A stretch of 64,000 nt of DNA from Mobula hypostoma (taxonomy: Eukaryota): NCBI RefSeq assembly GCF_963921235.1, contig NC_086109.1:8248001-8312000 (forward strand), read 5' to 3'. Below the pieces are notes generated by a model. It was not told the DNA's origin and made no database searches. It was given only the letters and a program-made list of their open reading frames with translations. Of the stretch, positions 1 through 64,000 are shown one piece after another (the first letter of the stretch is position 1; each line of letters starts with the position of its first letter). The position numbers and the translations under genes are program-made.

Positions 1-21
1 CCAAGTCAATAAGTGCAAATG
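1..21 (+). CDS. Candidate 3' end of an upstream exon in the splice-site-A region (..KSISAN+g), cut by the window edge
   Basis: Consensus-type donor ATG|GTAAGT at 19-27; a phase-1 end is compatible with the exon at 2296; the acceptor is not visible. Confidence 0.4.
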
Positions 22-138
22 GTAAGTGGAAGTCAAGCTCACTGGTATCTGAGCAAGTCTGTGTCTGCACAGGTGTAGTGAAAAACTTCCTTGCACCAGC
101 TGACAGGCCCAGAGTATCAGATAGTCAACATTCACCAT

Positions 139-335
139 CAACCTTCCCTCTAAGTTTTCTTTACACAGTTGAGCACGCCAACCATTGCTCCGAGCAGGAA
201 ATTTTCACACAGTCTGAAAACCGCTCGGCACTTAAAAACACAAGGAAATTCCAGCTGTGTGGCAACAAAGGCTCCGTGCGCAGGAGATTTCAGTTACTGC
301 ATGGCCGCACACCCGCACACTAAGAGGGAGCGATA
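139..335. mobile_element. ~200-bp hAT-like MITE, degenerate copy
   Basis: Internal sequence matches 61139-61342; ends resemble CAGTGTTCCCTCTA...TAGAGGGAACACTG. Confidence 0.6.
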
Positions 336-645
336 TTCACTAGAAGAACAGAAATGATGCGCCTTAACGCATTATTTTCTTCCAAGGACTAAGACTTTGT
401 CATATTTAGTTTCCTTTTCCCCCAAGACTTTAGTAGACCCAAGTCAGAGAGTCACAGAGATGGACAGCACAGAAACAGACCCTTTGGCCCATCTAGTCCA
501 TGCCGAACTGTTTAAACTATCTACTCCTATCGACCTGCACTGGGACCATAGCCTCCATACACCTACCATCCATGTACCTTTCCAAACTTCTCTTAAACAT
601 TGAAATCAAACGCATACACCACATGTGCTGGCAGCCTTTTCCTTT

Positions 646-856
646 TGTAGACCTGAGCGATCCTTACCTAGATCCAGGCATTCCTTGAGTATACCCAAGT
701 GTTCCTTGAGCAGACCCGAGCATTCCTTATGTAGACCCGAGTTTTCCTTACATAGGCCCGAGTTTTCCTTACGTAGGCCCGAGCGTTCCTTACGTAGGCC
801 CGAGAGTTCCTTACGTAGGCCCAAGCGTTCCTTACGTAGACCCAAGTGTTCCTTGA
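646..856. repeat. 21-bp minisatellite (cccgagttttccttacgtagg), ~10 copies
   Basis: Direct tandem periodicity; 7-aa periodic ORFs in several frames. Confidence 0.9.
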
Positions 857-2295
857 ATAGTCTAGGAGTGACAGGGACATGACTGGTTACAGCTGCTGTC
901 AGGAGCTATTCTGATTAACTGTAAAGTATTCCTTCCATGAACTCATGTATCTTTTTGCATCCCTATGTTGAATGCCAGGGTACTGAGGAGATGAGAGAGG
1001 AAATTCTCTGATAGGTTGTCAGCTATATTGTTTTAGTTACTGTGATTCTTCCTTCTCTTCATAATGAAGTGATAGACATTGTACATTGTACCTTTTTATT
1101 TATTGTGTATTACATGCTCCATTTACAGACACAAGCTCTCCATGGTTTGTCTGTTTGCTGTGTTAAGAATGATATTGTAATTGTAACATCATTTGCATCT
1201 GTGGTAAACTTGATGGTGAATTTCACTATTTACGTCAGTGTGTTACTTTTTACGGTTTAACCAACAAAGTGATAGTTTGAATGACGAAGTTACCGATTAG
1301 AAAATACACCCCTGACCCCCCCCCCCAATCCTGGTAAGTGAACTTTTCTAGGACTGCTGATGTGCTGCAGTTGAGCTGCAACTCAGTGTGACTGATAAAT
1401 AGCACTGAGAGACAAAGTCAAATATAATGACACCATTTGATGCTCTGGTGATCACTTACGAATGCCATACATTGCGTAACTCAAGGACATTGATGAAATT
1501 AGAATGCATTAAAGTGGGCATTTTTTATACAAATGGTTGCCCCCGATTACTTTCAGCAAAATACACATTTGGAGATTTTTTTGATTCATGTCACCATATT
1601 AAATGCCATGTTTCAGTGACAGCCTTACCTTTGCTAGAGCAACTTAGATCAATACAATTTCTATCCCGACAAGTCACTTTACAATTCAGTCTTTGTGAAG
1701 AATGACCAAATTCGACAAAAAGTTAAAAAGTACAAAAATTTCAAAGGTAAATTTATTATTAAAGTAGCTGCATACATGTCTCTGTATATTAACATTTTCT
1801 TGTTGGCATTCACAATAAATTTAAAGAAACACAATAGAATCAATGAAAAAACTACACACAAAAACAGATAAACAAGCAATTTGCAAAAGGCAACAAATTG
1901 TGCAAACACAAATAAGGAAAAAAGCCAAAATATTAATAATAAATAATAAACATTGAGAACTTAAGTCCTTGAAAGTCCTTGAAAAAGTTATAGATTGTAT
2001 AAACTTCTCTGGAAGAATTACCATGGATTATCCATTACCCTTAAAAAAATAGATTTAATTTTTGTATTATAGGGACTGCATCATTATCTATGGTTTCATA
2101 ACTTGTCACTTTGCTGGAAGACCTTTGCAATCTTCTAACAGTAAAAGCCAGCGTCCCAATTGCACGAGTGCACACTCACACACTCACACACTTGACTCCC
2201 CCACATTTGCCTTTGCCCCGATGTTTACATGGGCAATAATAGCTGTGACTGTTTACGCAGTGTTTTGCAAATCTGTTTCAATGTGTTGAAACTAG

Positions 2296-59483
<57,188 letters not shown>

Positions 59484-60606
59484 GTAAGTCCTTGTGGTGC
59501 TGGGCAACGTTGGCACATAAGACCACAAAATATAGAATTAGAATTAGGCAATTTAACCCATCGAGTCTGCTGCATCATTTCATCATTGCTGATCCATTTT
59601 TCCTCTCAACCCCAATCTTCTTCCTTCTCCCCATATCCCTTCTTTCCCTGACCAATCGTGAATCTATCAACCTCTGCCTAAACATACCCAATGACTTGGC
59701 CTCCACAGCCACCTGTGACAACAAATTTCACAGCTTCACCACTCTCTGGCTAAAGAAATTTCTCCTTATCTCCGCCTTAAAAGGATGCCCCTCTATTCTG
59801 AGGCTGTGTCTTCAGGTCCTCCATTTCCCCACCATAGGAAACATCCTCTCCTCATCCACTCTACCGAGGCCTTTTAACATTCGATAGGTCTCAGTGAGGT
59901 CACCCATCATTCTTTTAAATAACAGTGACTAGAGGTTCAGGGCCATCAAACGCTCCTCATATGATAAGCCTTTCAATCCTGGAATCATCTTCGTGATCTT
60001 CCTTTGAACCGATTTATTATCCTTTCTCAATCCCATTCTCCTGCCTGCTTCCCATAACCTTTGGTGCCCTTACTTATTAAGTTCCTATCAACCTCTGCTT
60101 TAAATAGACCCAGTGACTTGGCCTCCACAGCCGCCTGTGGCAATGAATTCCACAGATTCATCAACCTCTGGCTAAAAGAACATTGCTCCCTATCTCTGTA
60201 CTACAGGGATGGCCTTCTGTTCGGAGACTGTGTCCTTTGGTGCTAGACTCCCCCACTATTGGAAACATCCTCCCACATCCACTCTATCCAGGCCTTTTAT
60301 ATTCGGTAGGTTTCAATAAGATCCCCCCCATCCTCATTCTTATAAATGCCAGTGAGCACAGGGCCAGAGCCACCAAACATCACCTCATGCAAGGCCCTGT
60401 AGCTGTACTCTGTTCTACTCTGTTTCTGCACTCCTGACAGTCCAGTTCATTATGACAAGCAGTACTTAGAGTCATATAGTATCACACCACAGAAACAGGG
60501 TCTTCAGCCCATCTAATCCATGCTGATCTGGTCCCATCTACCTACATCCAGACCATAGTCTTCCTAGCCCTTCACGTCCACGTACCCTTCCAAACTTCTC
60601 TTAAGA

Positions 60607-61497
60607 GGTTCTGTGAATGCTGGAAATCCAGAACAACTGGCAGAAAACGATGGAGGAACTCAACAGGCCAGGCAGCATCTGTGGAGAGGAATAAACAGTC
60701 GATGTTTTGAGCTGAGACCCTTCAACAGGGCTGGAAAGGAAGGGGAGAAAAGGCCAGAACAAGGAGGTCAGGGGGAGGAGGAGGAGTACCAGCTGGAAGG
60801 TGAGAGGTGAAGCCAGGTGGGAGGGAGGTGGGGGGGGGGTGTGGAAGGGCTGATGAAGTGAGAAGCTGGAAGGTGATAGGTGGAAAAGATGAGAGGCTGA
60901 AGAAGAAGGAATCTAATAGGAGAGGAGAGTGGACCATGGGAGAAAGGAAAGGAGGAGGTGTCATAACAGGGATAAAGTTCTACTTGTGCCTATCTACCAG
61001 TTTATGAGCCTCCACATCCAGCACATCATTCTCTGTAACTTCCGCCATCTTCATCGGGATCCTCAACTTATTGCATCTTTCCCTCCCCGTCCTCATTCTC
61101 CGCTTTCCACAGGGATCGCCCTCTACGTGACTCCCTTGCGGTGTTACCTCTATTTTGTTTTACAGCTGTTTGGACCAATCATTGCTCTGAGCGAGACATT
61201 TTTACATGGCCTGAAGGCTTTGCAGCACTCTAAATGTTTATATGTTCAGAAAATTCCAGCTGCGTGGCAACAAAGGCTATGTGCATGGGGGCATTTCAGT
61301 TGCTGTGCTGCCATGCAACCGAGCAGTTTAGAGGGAACAGAGCTCCATTGTCCACATCCCTCACCACTGATTGCCCTTATGGCAGTCATCCCTACAAGCG
61401 AGACAAGTGTTACGCCTGTCCCCATGACTCCTCCTCACTACCATTCAGAGCCCCGAGCCATCCTTTGAGGTGAGGCAACACTTTGCCTATGAGTCCA
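60607..61497. mobile_element. Neptune-like PLE remnant: minus-strand pseudo-LTR joined to plus-strand linker/Cys-rich region
   Basis: HNRDKVLLVPIYQ...IQHIILCNFRHLHRDP and a decayed C..KC..CP region. Confidence 0.65.
61139..61342. mobile_element. hAT-like MITE with 8-bp TSD inside the PLE remnant
   Basis: ctcccttg (61131-61138) and ctccattg (61343-61350); 14-bp imperfect TIRs. Confidence 0.75.
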
Positions 61498-62029
61498 TCA
61501 AGCAAGCCAGCCTCCCTTCCACTGAATTTGCCTACACTTGCTGCTGCCTCGAGGTAATCTAGGGCCCCACCCACCATAGACAATTCCCACCTCTGTCCTC
61601 TCTCACAGGCAGGAGACACAAAAGTAAAGCCCTCCCCACCATTGAGCGCATTAATAAGGACCTCCCACCATCCAGACCATGTTTTCTTCTCCCTACTGCA
61701 ATTGGGAAGGAGATACAGGAGTCCTAGGCACCACACCACCAGGTTCAACAACAGTTATTACCCCCTCAACTATCAGGATCTTGAACCAGCATGGATAACT
61801 TCACTCAACTAAACACTGAACTGATTCCACAACCTACGGGCGTACTTTCAAGGATCCTACAACTCATATTGTCAGTACTATTTATTTATTATTATTACCT
61901 CTTTTTTGCATCTTCTGCCATACGATTCCTAAATGGACATTGAACCCATGAACATTACGTCACATTTTTTAATCTATATATTATTTCTGTTTTGCACTAT
62001 TCTTAATCTAACTATTTAATAGACATATG

Positions 62030-63612
62030 CAGTGGTGCTAGAAAGTTTGTGAACACTTTCATATTTACGCAGAAATTTTCTCTATTTCTGCATAAATATG
62101 ATGTAAAATGTGATCATATCTTCACCCAATTCCTAAAACTAGATAAAGAGAACCCAATTAAATAAATAACACAAAAAACATTATACTTGTTCATTTATTT
62201 ATTGAGAAGAATGATCTAATATTGCATGTATTTGTTGGAAAAAGTATGTGAACCTCTGGGGTAATGCCTTCTACAAAAGCTATTTGGAGTCAGATGTTGC
62301 AATTAATGAGATAAGATTGGAGGTGTGGGTTGTAGAGGTGCCCTGCCCTATAAAGATACACAAAGCCAGGTTACTGGCAGAGCCTGCTCTTCTCAAGAAA
62401 GATCTGTTTATGTGCACCATGCCACGAACAAAACAACTTTCAGAGGACCTTAGGAGAATTGTAAAGTTGCATGAAGCTGGAAAAGGCTACAAAAGCATTT
62501 CTGAAAACCTGAGTGTTCATCAGTCCACAGTAAGGGAAATTGTCTACAAATGGAGGAAATTCAGTACTGTTGCTACTCTCCCTAGGAGTGGACATCTTGC
62601 AAAGATCACACCAGGAGGTCAACATGCAGTGCTGAAGGAGGTGAAAAAGAACCCAAGGGAGATCTCTAGAACTTGCTAAAGTCTCTGTTCATGTGTCCAC
62701 TATAAGAAAAACTCTGAACAAGAATGGTGTTCATGGAAGGATGCTCTCCAAGTACAACATTGCTGCATGTCTCGCTTGCAAAAGACCACCTGGATGTTCT
62801 ACAGCACTTCTGGGACAATGTTCTGTGGACAGATGAGACAAAAGTTGAACTTCTTGGCAGAAATGCACATTGCTATGTTTGGAGGAAAAAGGGCACTGCA
62901 CACCAACACCAAAACCTCATCCCAATTGTGAAGCACGGTGGAAGGAGCACCATGGCTTGGGGCTGCTTTGCTGCCTCGGAGGCTGGACACTTGCAGTTTG
63001 AGGGAACAATGAATTCAAAATTGTATCAAGACATTTTACAGGAGAATGTCAGGGTAGCAGTCTGTCACCTGAAGCTGAATAGAAGTTGGATAATGCAACA
63101 AAGCAATGATCCAAAATACAAGAGTAAGTCAACAACAGAATGGTCTAAGAAGAAGAAAGTTTGTGTTTTAGAATATCCGAGTCAAAGTCCTGACCTTACT
63201 CCTATAGAAATGGTGTGGAGGGACTTGAAGCAAGCAGTGCATGTAAGGAGGCCCACCAGCATCCCAAGAGTTGAAGCAGTTTTGTAAGGAGAAATGGCCG
63301 AAAATTCCTCCAAGCCAATGGGCAGGGCTGATCAACAGTTAACCAGAAATGTTTCGTTGAAGTTATTGCTGTACAGGGGTGGGGGAATTACACCAGTTAC
63401 TGTAAACAAAGGTTCACGTACTTTTTCCAACAAATACGTGTAATAGTGGATCATTTTTCTCAATAAATGAAAAACATATGTTTTTGTGTCACTTATTTAA
63501 TTTGGTTCTCTTTATCTAGTTTTAAGACTGGCGTGAAGATCTGATCACATTTTAGGTCATATGCAGAAATAGAGATAATTCTACAGGGTTCACAAACTTT
63601 CTAGCACCACTG
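62030..63612 (+). mobile_element. Degenerate full-length Tc1 transposon (~1.58 kb, long TIRs)
   Basis: cagtggtgctagaaagtttgtgaac...gttcacaaactttctagcaccactg|ta; transposase from ATG 62419 (MPRTKQLSEDLRRIVKLH...WTDETK...VKHGG...SPDLTPIE), frameshifted. Confidence 0.93.
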
Positions 63613-64000
63613 TATATATTTACTGCAATTGATCTACTTATGTATTTTTTCTTTCTATACTATTATGTATTGCATTGAACTGCTGCTGCTAAGTTAACAA
63701 ATTTCACAATACAATGATAATAAACCTGATTCTGATTCAATGGAAAACTACGCACAAGCAAAGAATGCGCAGAAGAAGACAAATTGCAACTAAAATTGGT
63801 AGATAGATAAATAAGTAATACTGAGAACATGAGTTGTAGAGTCCTTAAAAGTGTGTTCATAGCTTGTGTTGAGTGATCATTTCAGTGTAGAAGTTAGTGA
63901 AGTTATCCAGCTTGGTTCAGGAGCTTGATGGTCGTAGGGTGACAACTGCTCCTGACCCTGGTGCTGTGGGACCTAAGGCTCCTTTACAGGTGTGAAGGTG

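Noticed and set aside
606..882. Heptad, coiled-coil-like ORFs (GLRKERS)n
   Set aside because: These are artefacts of the 21-bp repeat, open in several frames on both strands.
1129..1144. Possible 16-nt micro-exon (tttacag|...catg|gtttgt)
   Set aside because: It is not frame-preserving, and combining it with nearby candidate exons gives stops.
60929..61468. 179-aa ORF
   Set aside because: It is a chance frame across a PLE remnant and an inserted MITE.
62248..63287. Functional Tc1 transposase
   Set aside because: It is split by stops and frameshifts, and the second catalytic motif is altered (QQSNDPK).

Overview
This is eukaryotic genomic DNA. The repeat landscape suggests a cartilaginous fish, probably a ray or skate (inference). 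The whole window lies inside one + strand gene, a plasma-membrane Ca2+-transporting P-type ATPase whose residues best match ATP2B4/PMCA4. Nine GT-AG exons (2296-59483, 1658 nt) splice in one open frame from the end of splice site A through TM3-TM4 and the P/N domains to TM5. The 5' and 3' ends of the gene are outside the window. The 1.7-17.4 kb introns are mostly decayed transposons: CR1, Rex1/Babar-type, L2 and RTE LINE pieces, tRNA-headed SINEs, two degenerate Tc1 elements, Tc1/pogo/hAT MITEs, a probable solo LTR and many Penelope-like element (PLE) remnants. The most notable items are: (1) about 18 minimal type-I hammerhead-ribozyme-like motifs in PLE pseudo-LTRs, some in TSD-flanked fold-back or tandem mini-elements; (2) a 2.8 kb G-rich 55-bp minisatellite apparently derived from the PLE 3' region; (3) candidate extra micro-exons at splice site A; (4) a composite MITE carrying captured cargo. 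There are no prokaryotic genes, CRISPR arrays or intact autonomous elements. Repeat boundaries were read by eye and are approximate; exon boundaries were checked to the base.
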